Origin: Callorhinchus milii
Taxonomy: Eukaryota
Assembly (NCBI RefSeq): GCF_018977255.1
Contig: NW_024704746.1
Coordinates: 56,606,001-56,670,000 of the forward strand
Direction: 5' to 3'
Length of the DNA: 64,000 nucleotides
Part shown: piece by piece, positions 36,330-48,222 of the stretch
Position numbering within the stretch: position 1 is the stretch's first letter
Layout: each line of letters starts with the position of its first letter
Program-made: the position numbers and the translations under genes
The notes under the pieces: generated by a model
Database searches by the model: none
Told to the model about the DNA's origin: nothing
What the model saw: the letters and a program-made list of their open reading frames with translations, nothing else

Positions 36330-36535
36330 CTGTTCACAAGATTAATACATAAGCTGAAGGGGCTAAAATATGATGAGAGCTCGAAAGCCTGGGGTTATGC
36401 TTCTTAGAGCAAAGGAGGTTACGGGGTGACTTGATTCAGGTATTTAAATCATAAAATGAATTCACAGGTTAATAGTGGACAATTTTCTCTATGGTAGAAG
36501 TCTCTGTTACAAGGAGGTATAGTCTTAAAATCATT
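36330..36535 (+). mobile_element. Decayed CR1 ORF2 fragment
   Basis: aggaggttacggggtgacttgattcaggtatttaaa (RRLRGDLIQVFK). Confidence 0.6.
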
Positions 36536-36582
36536 CCAGTTCTTCTATATATCTATGAATCCAGAACCACAATCAGACCTAC

Positions 36583-36766
36583 CTTCACAGCCATTACTGG
36601 TGATTTCAGCAAACGGGTTGTCACAGCGGTTGCACTGTTGCCCTATCACACCAGGTTTACAGGTACATTGACCAGTTTCTTCATCGCACGTGCGGGCTTG
36701 AGAGCCAATAGGAAAACAATCACATGGGTAACAAGTGCCATTGTTCTGTGGCCTGTAATAGTTTGC
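36583..36766 (-). CDS. CELSR1: CELSR1 exon, laminin-EGF (ANYYRPQNNGTCYPCDCFPIGS...NGCE)
   Basis: ctgcag|GCA...GAAG|gtaggt; 184 nt. Confidence 0.95.
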
Positions 36767-37377
36767 CTGCAGGAGAAAAGTCAGCCCAATTTGAGACAAC
36801 CTGTGTGGGAGACCTCAACATTGTCTCTATAAGGATAAGGGCTTTGAAAGGAATAAAATACCTTTCAAAATAATAATAATAATAATTTCCATTTCTCATA
36901 AATGGATTAAAGAGAACGGAAGTGCAGCAGGAACTGGCTTCAGTAACATTTTCTGATCAGACTTTGGAAGAGTAACTACATTCTCAGCAACTATGCCTGA
37001 ACTCGCAATTTGTTGTGGTACAAGAGAACAGTCAGTTTCACAAGTGCAGAATAGAGCAATCTGACTGACAGCAGCTGGAACATCCTTTTTCTCTGTGTTG
37101 TAGGCAGAGTCTCTGCTGCAGAGAACAGTCACCAAACACAACTAGTGTCCAGTGTATTCACCTAAGTAACAGCTAGATGTTGTGGATGAGAGGACAATAG
37201 GGTGGGCATTCTGGAAGGATGAGATCAGATGGGCCAAAGGGCTTTTTTCATCCAAACCAATCTTGTGCTAACTGTGGGAGTGCTGTGTTGTGAGAACTCA
37301 GCAAGGACAGAAGATGTGAGAATTTTGCATGTCCCTGAAATATGTGAATTCATAGATATTCCAACAGATAAAGGGAA

Positions 37378-37518
37378 CACATACACCCCCCCCACACACA
37401 CACACACGCAGTCACACACCCACACACACACAGTCGGTCACACACATACACACACACACACACACAGTCGGTCACACACACACAGTCGGTCACACACACA
37501 CACACACACAGTCGGTAC
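37378..37518. repeat. Compound (CA)n microsatellite with recurring CAGTCGGT interruptions
   Basis: Directly visible; cagtcggt occurs four times between CA runs. Confidence 0.95.
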
Positions 37519-37943
37519 ATGTCAATAACCATTTTGTGAGAGTATCCTTTTCAAGGAACTCCAGGAAGCTTTTACATGTAATACTGAATTTCAGCTTCAG
37601 ATGGGCCCCTTCACAAGGTTACCCACTGAGTTTTCTCTATTGCAGTATTAGCTTTGTGCAATGAACAAACTGGAGGATTATACGACTGCTGTGGTTAACT
37701 AACAAGCAGGACTTTGACTGCAGGGTAAGGGTGGCTGGTTTTAAACAAAGTCTATATGTTTGTAAATGATCTTGAAAGGGAGTGTTGTTACAGATTGGTA
37801 ACATCACTCGGCAAGCTTTGGTCAGCACCAGTGACCATTTTGTCAACACCTTTGCTATCTAAACCTATACAAATTATTTCACAGCAAATCAGAAGAATCA
37901 ACGAAAACTGATCCATCTCAATATATCCCAATAAACACTGCAT

Positions 37944-37960
37944 GTGTGTGTGTGTGTGTG
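37944..37960. repeat. (TG)n microsatellite
   Basis: tgtgtgtgtgtgtgtg run. Confidence 0.9.
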
Positions 37961-38151
37961 ATATGGGAGGAAATGGCAACTAATTTGAGTACTTTGACAT
38001 CGAGCCAGTCTTATTCTTAAAATACTTTAACAGTATATTCATTGGTTTGAAATGTTTTGACACAATTAGGTGCTATGAAAATGCAAGTTCTTTATTCTCA
38101 GAATATTAAGAACTGGAGAGCTGAGGACTATACAGAGCTGCCCAGTCTCAC

Positions 38152-38272
38152 CTTGCACCTGCATTCCCCCGTGGTTTTGTTGCAGTCGGGGTCAAAGCCC
38201 TTGCTGATATCACAGTGACATGGACCACAGATGGGATTCCCCCACCAACCTCTTGGACACGGCTGGTCAATC
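38152..38272 (-). CDS. CELSR1: CELSR1 exon, EGF/laminin-EGF (IDQPCPRGWWGNPICGPCHCDISKGFDPDCNKTTGECRCK)
   Basis: ctcacag|GATT...AAG|gtgaga; 121 nt. Confidence 0.95.
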
Positions 38273-38327
38273 CTGTGAGGAAGAAGAAACAGGATACATC
38301 TTTAACGGGGGCAGCAGTCAATACTGT

Positions 38328-38634
38328 AATTATCATCATCCTTGCATTTGATATATCGCTTTTCACGTCTTCTAGACGTCTCAAAACGCTTCACAGAATA
38401 GATTGTAAAGTGAATTGACTGTATATTTGTGGGCGAAACACGGCAGCCAATTGCGCACAGCAGTTTCCCACAAACAGTTGTGGACTGAAATGACCAATTT
38501 ATTATTGTTTTTTTGAGAGATTATTATCAGGCGTGTAGAGTAAGGAAACTTGTCCAAGGTTTCACCCTACTGGGAATCGAACCTAGGTCTCTCGTTTGCA
38601 AAGCGAGTGCTCTAAGCACTGAGCTACAGGACTA
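38328..38634 (-). mobile_element. tRNA-derived SINE, short (internally deleted) variant
   Basis: Head gtcctgtagctcagtgcttagagcactcgc with B box; tail caaatgcaaggatgatgat. Confidence 0.9.
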
Positions 38635-38859
38635 CCATAGAAACCATGGGAATAAAAGCTGAACCAACCAATGGAGATCAGCAGATCATTTCTAGCACTT
38701 CTACTGAAGCCACCTCAGTTTGTGTCTCTAACCATGAAATACATTTCCATCTTGATCAAATACACACCTTCCTACAGCATTCTAAGTAAGATGTTTATAG
38801 TTTTTCGAATACAAATGTAATACACAGAGCAAAATATTAGTTTAATATATCTTCCAACT

Positions 38860-39230
38860 CAGTAGGTGTTAGCTTAGTAGGTGGCACTCTCTGCAGCATC
38901 ATGAATTCAAGACCCACATTGAGATTTGACCTTACATTCTAGGCTTATACACCAATGCAATATTCGGGGAAAGCTGCGTTGTCTTTCTCATGATATACTA
39001 AACTGAGCCTCTATTTGCCTGTTCAGTTGCCTATTCATTAAAGATCCCATGAGATTATTTAAAATGAGAAGGGACTTTCTCCCTGGCCAACAACCTTCCA
39101 GCTGAAATTTATAGTAGGCACAAATGAGTACTGTTTGCTTACAAGATGTCACTCTATTTGACATAATTATCCGTGACGTGCTTTGAGATGATTTGACACG
39201 ATAAGGTGCTAGGAAAATGCAAGTTCTTTA
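38860..39230 (+). mobile_element. Decayed Deu-domain SINE
   Basis: tRNA-like head, then ttgcctgttcag...taaagatcccatg...ccctggccaacaa, then tail aaaatgcaagttcttta. Confidence 0.6.
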
Positions 39231-39533
39231 TTCTCAGAAATATTCATTCAACATCACATTACTCTGATGAGTAGCAATACTTTCAGAAACACAAGAACAA
39301 TGGCCCTCCTGACAACTGGATCACTTGGGTCCTTCTTTATCATTTAAACTTCCAATCCACTTTTTTTTATTCAGCTGCATTTGAATCACAATCATGAGTA
39401 AAATACAGAGCTGTCCTAACGCTTAGAGACCTCCTAACACATCACTCATTCACCAACAAGCCGAATCCAGGAGGAAAAATAATGTGCTCCTACGCATAAA
39501 AAAACTGAGAAAGTAGCTACATTTCAATCTTAC

Positions 39534-39681
39534 TTGTTTTCACAGTACTGGCCATAGTAGTTTTGTCCACAATCACACTTATATCCATGTGAGGAGCTTG
39601 GCTTATGGACACAGCTGGACACATGCTGGCATGGGTTCAGATTGAGGCTGCAGATGTCCACACAGTCTTTCCCAAAGAAAC
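39534..39681 (-). CDS. CELSR1: CELSR1 exon, EGF repeat (FFGKDCVDICSLNLNPCQH...YGQYCEN)
   Basis: aaatag|GTTTC...AACAA|gtaaga; 148 nt. Confidence 0.94.
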
Positions 39682-40223
39682 CTATTTCAAGGAGTGACAA
39701 CAAAATCATTAGTTTTGGTAACACAGTTCAATTGAATTGAATTGCGCCAACCACCCTCACCCTCTGTTTCTAATTAACTCATATTCGAAGCAGATCCAAT
39801 GAGGACAAACTCCACAAAAATCAGACTGTTATTGTGAAGAGAAGCAGAAATCATGGTTCCTCATTACACATTGGGCAGTGGGAAAATAGCAGTTATGAGG
39901 CCACCTGGAACACTGGTCTATGCACATTACCCCAAACATGCCACAGCCTCTCCAGCTCACTGAATTCAGGCTCCAATTCCAAAATTCCTCCCAACATTTG
40001 AAAGTTTCCTTTTCCTCTGTCCACAAGATGCTTTACCACCCTTTTGAGCAGTATAATTTGGTGAGTGCAGCTGTACAGACCTGCGCGTGGCAAGCTATTA
40101 TGGGAGCTGCTGCATATTCTCAACTAGCCAGGGACAGTGTTATTGCAAACATAAGATCCCATTCCAGTCATCCACTGGCAAACCTAATGTTCACCTGGAT
40201 TATCTTCAAATGCAAAGAGTTAC

Positions 40224-40398
40224 CTGGCTTGCAGATGCAGGTGTAGCTGTCCCAGTCATTATTGCAGTTGCTGTTTGTGGGACATGGACTGAATTTACAA
40301 GGATCAGGGATCTCACAGCCACTGTCTACTCGAAGCTTCACAGCCTGATCCATGTTCAGTGTAGCAGTATTTGTTGATGTGTCACCCATTCTCAGGCC
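40224..40398 (-). CDS. CELSR1: CELSR1 exon, LamG2 end plus EGF repeat (GLRMGDTSTNTATLNM...CICKP)
   Basis: ctacag|GGC...CCAG|gtaact; 175 nt. Confidence 0.95.
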
Positions 40399-41417
40399 CT
40401 GTAGCAGACAGGAGGCAGGGTTGCTTTTAAATCATGAAGTACAGGCTACATCTATTCCAAGGTAAAAGTCCCTGCTTATACAGCATAAGAAGACAAGGAC
40501 ATTATAACTAAGAGCTGATAGCAAACCCAACAGATGCAACATTATCATCCAATGTGATCCAATTGTTCCAGTAACATGAGGACGGCTTTAATTACTCATC
40601 ATTGCCATCAGAAAAACTCACCTCACCAAACCAAATGGAATAAGATGTTTAAACAGAAGGGGACCACAAAATAACCAGTCAAACACAAAGTGAACTCCAT
40701 GGTTACCTCATGAGGTCAAGAGATAAGTCATATTTCCATCAATTCTACGTCTAATAAAAAAAAATCATTTGGGTCAAGGTAGATGAGAAATATATTTTGT
40801 TAGAAGTCGGGGGCTGTTACATTGCTATTCGCTTTAAGTCTTTTGTCAGTAAATGTACAGTGCATTTGATGGATGACTTTAAGAAATCTTGATATAAGCT
40901 CTAGATGAACACAACATACGCTGTTCCTATCAAATTCCGCCATTTTATATCCACAGCCTTAAAATCCAATCTTTCATTGACATCGCAATCTCAGGTGGAA
41001 TACAACAAGTTTGTGTTCTGTGAGTCTGATCTTAAATTTAGTGCTTTCAAACACTCAAGGGGGGAAGGTTAACCCTTAATCCTTACTTCAACTCATTTTT
41101 TCGAGAATGAAAGTGCTAAATGCTGTAAAATACAAAACACAAAGCCGCGTAATCTCCAAAGTAGAAGGAAATACAAAGGATACAATTGGCAAATAAAACA
41201 TAAGACTACAGTGATGCTAAAAAAAAGTCCCAGTGACTGGACTTGACATGGCTGCAAGTGATCCATGTTTGAGTCTCTGTGAACACCTGAAAACAATTTA
41301 CATGAATTATTGCAAAAAAAAGTTGCTATCAGAAAGAAAATAACCAGATTCCATAACCAAACAATGGTGTACACAGCACTAGAGAAGAACTCTCCTGAAT
41401 GCTTATTTGCTCCTTAC

Positions 41418-41531
41418 CTGCATGCAACCATAAAAACCTTGACTTTTTGCATCTTTATCTTCAGGCAGACTTCCAACAAAGATGCTTTTTAGTTTTAAGC
41501 CTGGCAATTCGTTCCCGATTTCTATACTGTT
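41418..41531 (-). CDS. CELSR1: CELSR1 exon, LamG2 (NSIEIGNELPGLKLKSIFVGSLPEDKDAKSQGFYGCMQ)
   Basis: cattacag|AAC...CAG|gtaagg; 114 nt; GFxGCM motif. Confidence 0.93.
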
Positions 41532-42571
41532 CTGTAATGATATGGAATTCAAAGATAAATATCAGTAAACTGTCTTTGCAGAATCGCCAGAATGTACGGT
41601 CAACATAATGAAATGCTTCGTCCAGCAGGGCAACTGTAAGGTGGAGCAGAAATGAGCACATGGCAGCTTTAAGGGGCTCAAAGCCAGAATTGGCAACAGT
41701 AGCCTTGTACATGATGAGAGAGGATGCAGTTCTTGCACAGGACTGACACCAAGTTCAAACACCTGAACTCCGTCCCCTTTATTATGAAGGAAGCTACCCA
41801 GAAATGCTCAGAAATAGATTATAAAGATGGTCCACACCAACTCTGTTAACCTGACAGCAGTCTCACATTGGGCAACCAGAAGTTTCTATTCTCTTAGGAG
41901 TTCAAATCAGCCCCTGCAGAGCAGTATAAGGGCTTGTGTAGTGGCACTCTATGCCATGTTTTTGGCTGTGGATGGTCTACTAAACATTGAGGAGCATTCA
42001 TTGGTGGTAGAAAATGTAATGGAACTTTTGAGCAGCTACACACCGCGGCTGTTTCGATGTGGTTGGTAATGTGTAATCTGCTCCAGGGTAAAATCCCAAC
42101 AAGTCAAGATATTGCAGACCCTCGTCATTCAGCACACAAGAGATTCTGGAGACATTAGAAGCTAAAAGCTTTCAGAGTTCATACTATATTGGCAGCAAGT
42201 TGCTCAGTCTCACACCGCATCACATTGAGCACCATGGCTGGTTCCTCTCATCAGCCAATATCTACCCCACTTCACCAAACACTACAATTACTGTAGTACG
42301 GAAGTTTCAAGAGATAGTGAAAAAGAAAAGCTTGTTATCTATAAAAATATGAAACTCCATGAAATCAATCATTTTACTTCAAGTTCCATTCTGCTAAGGT
42401 TTGAACTTTCATCAACGTTGTCCCTGTTCTCTGGAACCCTCTTCTGAAATCCCTCCATGTTGCTCCCTTCCTCTCTGTTTTCAAAACCCATCGATAAAAC
42501 CTTTCTCTTTGACTGCATTTTGACGCTCTCCTGTGTGAAAGACACTGTATTCTTTTGCGGTTGTAACTTAC

Positions 42572-42757
42572 TTGGTACATTCCATAATCAAGAGACATCA
42601 CCGCCATGTATTTGATGTCTTTGCCATCCTTCATACTTTTTATCTCAATCAATAAATGGTGCCAGTCTCCATCATTGACTCGTGACTGGGTCATCTTCAG
42701 TCTGGCTTTTAGTCCACGTCTGTTATACACTTCAAGCTGCAGGTTCCGATCAGTTAT
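42572..42757 (-). CDS. CELSR1: CELSR1 exon, LamG2 (ITDRNLQLEVY...VNDGDWHHLLIEIK...LDYGMYQ)
   Basis: ctggcag|ATA...CAA|gtaagt; 186 nt; LamG DGxWH motif. Confidence 0.95.
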
Positions 42758-43397
42758 CTGCCAGGAGAAAGTGAGAGCTGAATTAGATCTGTCGAAGGTG
42801 CGTTCAAATGCAGGGAAACTGCACTCTCATCCTCCAGCTACTTTGCCATCCAATTGCTTTAATTGTTGCATATGCCAAAAAAAATCCTAAACCTGTCAAG
42901 TGAGCTTTCTTCATTACAATGGGAAGCATTCTCAACCTGAACGACAGGTTTACTCGTGGAAAAGAATTATTCCTCAGGAAAGATTACAGAATGAATATTA
43001 TGGACTCTGTTGTTGGCCTCTCTATTAAACTATACCGAATGTATAATGGGGGCTTGAAAGTAAGCCCTCCAATAATGGAGAAGGAATGACAAGAGATTTG
43101 GGAGGAGAATCCCAGATAACACCACTTGTAGGAGAATATGTGATTGCCAATTCAAAATACTACATCAAAATATTGCACCCCTTCTCTTGGTGTCAGCTGA
43201 GAGCCACCTCCTTCCGTGTGCTCTCCTCGGTAAACAAATGATGACAAAACACAAACAGAACGAGTAAAATATAAAAACTGTTCTACTCCAGAATGAATAA
43301 TCTGTTACTGCAGTAAACGTCTCTCCTTCTTGATTCGAATTCTGTGGTGGTCGTGGTCACATTTTCTAGGAGGCGATGTTTGAGAGTGGTCGCTCAC

Positions 43398-43564
43398 CTG
43401 GATGTTAAGTTTGGAGGGTGTATTAGCACGTGCCTGCAGCAGGAGTCCATTGGCTCTTCTTGTGCGGAACATCAGCCCTATATACCAGGGTACCGAGATA
43501 GTGATGTCAAGATCATCCCAGGAGATCATACTGCTGCCCCTGAAACGCTGGGGATTGGGCATCG
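43398..43564 (-). CDS. CELSR1: CELSR1 exon, start of LamG2 (AMPNPQRFRGSSMISWDDLDITISVPWYIGLMFRTR...)
   Basis: ccttag|CGATG...CAG|gtgagc; 167 nt. Confidence 0.95.
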
Positions 43565-43786
43565 CTAAGGAGGCAATTACCAGGATATTCATTAGTATAA
43601 AGCCAATACAGCTCCTGTGCATGCACGCATCAACCTGGAAAAAAATCAGCAGAAGCTGAAGCCACCCCCCACCCCCAAAAAAATGAAAGCCTCCTGTACA
43701 GTATATAGGTCTAGAACATTTGAAAACAAATTACAAGTGGCTTTTTTTAATCAAATGTCGGAGGATAATACAAAGTGAACTTATGT

Positions 43787-44150
43787 ATAATAATAATACT
43801 TGCATTTGCTATAGCGCCTTATCACCTCTTCGAGACGTCTCAAAATGCATCACAGAATACACTGTAAAGTGAATTGACTGTATATTTTGTGGGCGAAATG
43901 TGTCAGCCAATTGTGCACAGCAGTGTGCCACAAACAGTCATGGATTGAGTGACCAATTTATTATTTTTTTAAGGAATTATTATCCCCGATAAAGCAATCC
44001 ACCAATCGACTAACAACTGGATTTCTACTTGCTGCTAGGTAAACAGATGTAAGCGGTGTAAGGAAACTAGATAACGTTTTGCCCTGCCAGGAATCAAACC
44101 CGTCTCTTGCTTGCGAGGCAAGTGCTCTAACCACTGAGCTACAGGACTCC
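43787..44150 (-). mobile_element. Full-length tRNA-derived SINE
   Basis: Reverse complement of the 12314-12680 type; begins ggagtcctgtagctcagtggttag. Confidence 0.92.
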
Positions 44151-44488
44151 AAATCTTAATTGATTAATTAATGAATAATTAATGGAGCTAAATGAGAACC
44201 AGCAATCACGTAAATAGTAACATGGATCAGGCTCACTTATATCATCATAAAAATTAATAAAATCAACACGTAGCTAGGAATAGTACCGTGGGCGATGGTA
44301 CACAAAAGGATTTGTCCGATTTGGTCCATTTGGAGCAAATGTGAGAGAAGGTGTTGGATTTAATTAAATTCAAAGACAAAGTTTACAATGACTCGCAACC
44401 AACTTAACCCTGTATACACTAATTTGAATTCAGATCCACAGGTTGCAACATTATACACATAACATAATACATGGTATTATGTTTTGTG

Positions 44489-44635
44489 TATAAAATTCAT
44501 TTTATAAAATTCATTTCTGATGGACTTTGTCTACTGGACTTTGTACGGTTTATAGTAAATTGATTGACGCAGTCTATAATGATCACTGATCCAGTCTATG
44601 ATGATCACTAATTCAGTCTACAATGATCAATAAAT
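44489..44635. repeat. Cluster of short tandem duplications (14 bp x2, 14 bp x2, 22 bp x3)
   Basis: tataaaattcattt x2; tggactttgt x2; cagtcta.aatgatca x3. Confidence 0.8.
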
Positions 44636-45114
44636 AATCCTTTAATTTTATATTTTTTTACATCTGGAGGATGTCTCTATTGAAAAGATGATAAAACATG
44701 AACAACTTAAGATTTCATGCCTACCCAACAGGCAGCTGACTAGCAGCAAAACGTTTTGGTAAGCAGCTCTACTGAGCTCTGCAGAAGCCATTGCCCAGCC
44801 CAGCACAGAATGGCTTGTGGCCTGAAGCCCTTCCCCTTGTCCCCATACCCTTTAATAAAGGGGAAGAGACTAACGTTTGCTGAAGAGTGAAGGCAGTTAT
44901 CAGTGAGTACACTCTCTTTTCAACAGAGCGCAAGCCCTGTGAATTGACTGCTATTGTAACCATACAAACATACACAAGCTTAAGTCAAAACACAGCAGAA
45001 GCTGTTGCTGCTTTAGGGGAGGACAGGTCACGAAGGACGAGCTACCCACCCCAGATCTGACAGTTGTGGGAGCCTTCCAAAAGAAAACAGCTCATCTTCT
45101 GAGTAGGACTTTGT

Positions 45115-45480
45115 AGAGTCTTGTAGTGTATTCATTAGAGCACTCGACTCACAAATGTGAATACCTGGGTTCAATTCCCGGGTAGGAAGAAACCTTAGGC
45201 GATTTTCCTTACTCCACACACTTCTGTTTACCTAGTAGTAAGTAAGAATCTTGTTGTTTGTCAATTGGCGGATCGCTTTCCAGGGGTAATAATCACTTTA
45301 AAATAAATAATCTGGCCACGCAATCTACGACTGTTTGTGAGACACTGCTATGTGTAATCGGCTGCCGCGATTGCCCACAAAAGATACAGTCAATTCACTC
45401 TACAGTATATCCTGTGAAGCACTTTGAGACGTCTCAATGATGTGATAAGGCGCTATATCAAATGCAAGGATTATTATTAT
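45115..45480 (+). mobile_element. Full-length tRNA-derived SINE, more diverged head
   Basis: agagtcttgtag...cctgggttcaattcccgg...caaatgcaaggattattattat. Confidence 0.9.
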
Positions 45481-46179
45481 AGAGGAAATATTTCATATTC
45501 AGCGATAGAGCAGTCCCCTGAGTCCTCCTAGAGACCAATTAAGCTTCTCCCAGCAGTGGTCATTCAAACAGTGGTTATGACTGACCAAAACACTTTAAAC
45601 CTGTCAAAACGTGCTGCACTTCCCTTCCCGTCAGCCAAAACATCCAGTGCCAAATCTGTAAACACACTGTCTACCCACTCACAGGGAGCTCAACGGGAAT
45701 GAAAAATTATTTCCGAAATGAAAAAATATTTTTTTTGATTCAGTCAGGGTCACTCAAAACTTTCAGGGGCCAAATATTAATTACAGCTGTCATTCTGCAA
45801 AGCAGATGGGATTTGTTAATGCTGTATATGTTCAGTCAGTGCACTCCAGCACCACTGACCTCCATTTAAATAATTTGCAGTTTGCCTCTTCAGTAACCAG
45901 CCATATCTAATACAATTAGCTGCAATGGTAAATAAAACACATACCATCTAATTATCAGATTACACTGTGTTACAGTCAGTCCTTTGAGATTTCATGCTTT
46001 TTGAAATGCAGAAGGAGGCATTGTACAGTTAAAGGGAATTCCATGCATTTATATGCCGAGAAGACTTTGTCGGCATAGACCTAATGTGAATGTCCACAGC
46101 GCTTAAACTGCTGGATAAAGGTTGGACTTTGGAACCTAGATGAATAAGTGTAAAGGAGTGAACTTCACATCATTGCACC

Positions 46180-46455
46180 ACATTCCACACAGGACACAAA
46201 TGTAAGATAATTACAAAAATAATGAATATGGAGGTTAGAACAAGTTCTTTACACAGGGGGTGGTTGGAATGTTGAATTCTCTACCACACTGAAGAGTCTG
46301 TAAATTGTTTTAACAAGAAATTAGATAGATGCCTAGAAAGGGTATGCGGAGCAAGCAAGAGAGTGGGATTGGACTGGATGCCTCATGTGAAGTAAAATAC
46401 TAAACTTAGTGAGATTAATGGCTTGTTTTTATGCTGTATTATCCTAGGATTCTCT
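46180..46455 (+). mobile_element. Decayed CR1 3' fragment
   Basis: ttctttacacagggggtggttggaatgttgaattctctacca...tttaacaagaaattagatagat. Confidence 0.55.
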
Positions 46456-47629
46456 GAAAACCTGGATATGGAGCAGGTTAAATGCTGACTGGAGGAACAA
46501 TGAACACAATGTTCATTGTGTATTCACAACCATGCCTGCACCAGCATAAAACCCACAACCAGCAAGATAAACGTTGAGCCAGCCTCCATTGTCCCTTCTT
46601 ACTTGAGAATTCGGTCCCCCCTATCAGTAGAAGGTGCCTCTTGCCTTCCTATGCCTCTTAAAGTGTGCAATGTAACAACTTGAGCAACTGGACTTGTTGA
46701 TGGGACTGAAGATGCACAAGTGAGTTGGGCAGCAGATCACAGCCAGTTGCGGAAGGGTAGTTAAACACAACAGAAAGCAGATGATTGAAAGTAAAAGGGA
46801 AAATCCTGATTAAGTCATACTATTTTTATATGAAACACAGTGGAGACTTTCAGAAATCCTAGCCTGGATTATGCAGCTCTCATTATTCACCTCTGACCCC
46901 CACCCTATTCTCATCAATGATCACATAACAACTATTACTAAGAATAAAAACAACTGTGATGCATAGAATTAACAGTGCTATTACTGTTTCAAGTTTCAAT
47001 CAGTCTGTATCTTTTCATCGGTCACCAGAGCCTTTCATACAGGTACATCTATAACCACAACTTCATCAAGACTGAATTATTCGGCCACAAGACTTTAGAA
47101 ATGCCAAGTCAGCAACCACATCCTCTGAAGCGACAATGGATTCTGTGCCTCAGCCTTCAGGCCCGAGTCCTGTCTCAAAACCCACTAATTAATCCAATAA
47201 TCCAGCCTCTTCATTCACAAGCCACAGTTAAACTATAACTTGAAAAGAATCCTTTTCTTCAAATCAAAGTCCACGCTTTACCAAAAAATGCAGATGATAT
47301 GGGAGTAAAAAAAATGTGTGCAGGAAATCATGCATTGAAATATTATAGCAACAATATGAAATAATTTTAGTTATTGAACTAACAGTAATGTTCATAATTT
47401 ACAGATTACAACAGCAAGAATAATTGGTTAAAATTTTGAAAATTCAGATTTGTTTTGACATTTTACTTTTCATTGCCAGTACACTATAAATGTCCTCATA
47501 ATAAGCAGGAATGAAGCATATTAGTTACCAATACTTAAAGTGTAAGGATAGAATGGGTTAGAGTCCTGTCACCTCTGAGACTGTGTTTTAACTCAGACTT
47601 TTGGGATTAATGTCCCATCTCACTGCTAG

Positions 47630-47768
47630 CTTCGTCAGATGAAGAGTCGTGGACCCGAAACGTTGACTCACTTTCCTTTCTCCATAGATGCTGCCTGACC
47701 TGCTGAGTTTTCCAGCTCTCTCTGTTTTGTTTCAGATTTCCAGCATCTGCAGTATTTGGTGTTTTATT
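47630..47768 (+). mobile_element. Penelope-like element terminal sequence with degenerate hammerhead motif
   Basis: cagatgaagagtcgtggacccgaaacgttgact...agatgctgcctgacctgctgagttttccagc...tcagatttccagcatctgcagt; resembles an abundant chondrichthyan repeat (from memory). Confidence 0.6.
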
Positions 47769-47957
47769 GCTGTATGCAAATTGGCTTACAACATTTTGTA
47801 CTGATGTAGTACAGCATGCTTTTGAGGTAGGGTTACTCTGCATCAAGCCGGGAATGTTTCTGACTTATTGCTGCTTAGCCAGCCTGGTGCTGACGCTGGA
47901 TGGAAAAATACAAAGGTATTCTATCCCAAATGGACAAATTCTCCAAAATCCACACAA

Positions 47958-48222
47958 ATTCAATGCAATATTGTCCTTCGGATGAAATGTCTGCCTGTTC
48001 AGGTGGATATTAAAGATCCCATGATGCTATTTGAAAAAGAGAAGGGAGTTTCTCCCGGTGTCCTAGCCAACAATTGGATAAAATTGGATATTCACAGCTG
48101 TTTGTGGGACACTGCTGTACATCAATTGGTTGCTAGTTCACCTACATTTTAGAGTAAATCCTGTGAAACGTTTTGAGACATCCTCCCAATGTGAAAGGTA
48201 CCATATCAAATGCAAGGATTAT
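47958..48222 (+). mobile_element. Deu-domain SINE fragment
   Basis: gtccttcggatga...tgcctgttcaggtggatattaaagatcccatg...ggagtttctcccggtgtcctagccaa, then shared 3' tail. Confidence 0.75.

Noticed and set aside
39263-39290. CTGATGA-GTA-GCAA-TAC...GAAAC hammerhead-like string
   Set aside because: Five extra bases separate stem II from GAAA, and no stem III or cleavage triplet follows
44570-44635. Regularly spaced repeats (also 31462-31571 and 37378-37518) as a CRISPR-like array
   Set aside because: Contiguous degenerate tandem units without unique spacers, in a vertebrate intron with no cas genes
46497-46519. 10-bp perfect hairpin acaatgaaca/tgttcattgt (and an 8-bp stem at 46052-46077)
   Set aside because: Short AT-rich stems like these are expected by chance in 64 kb; no supporting context
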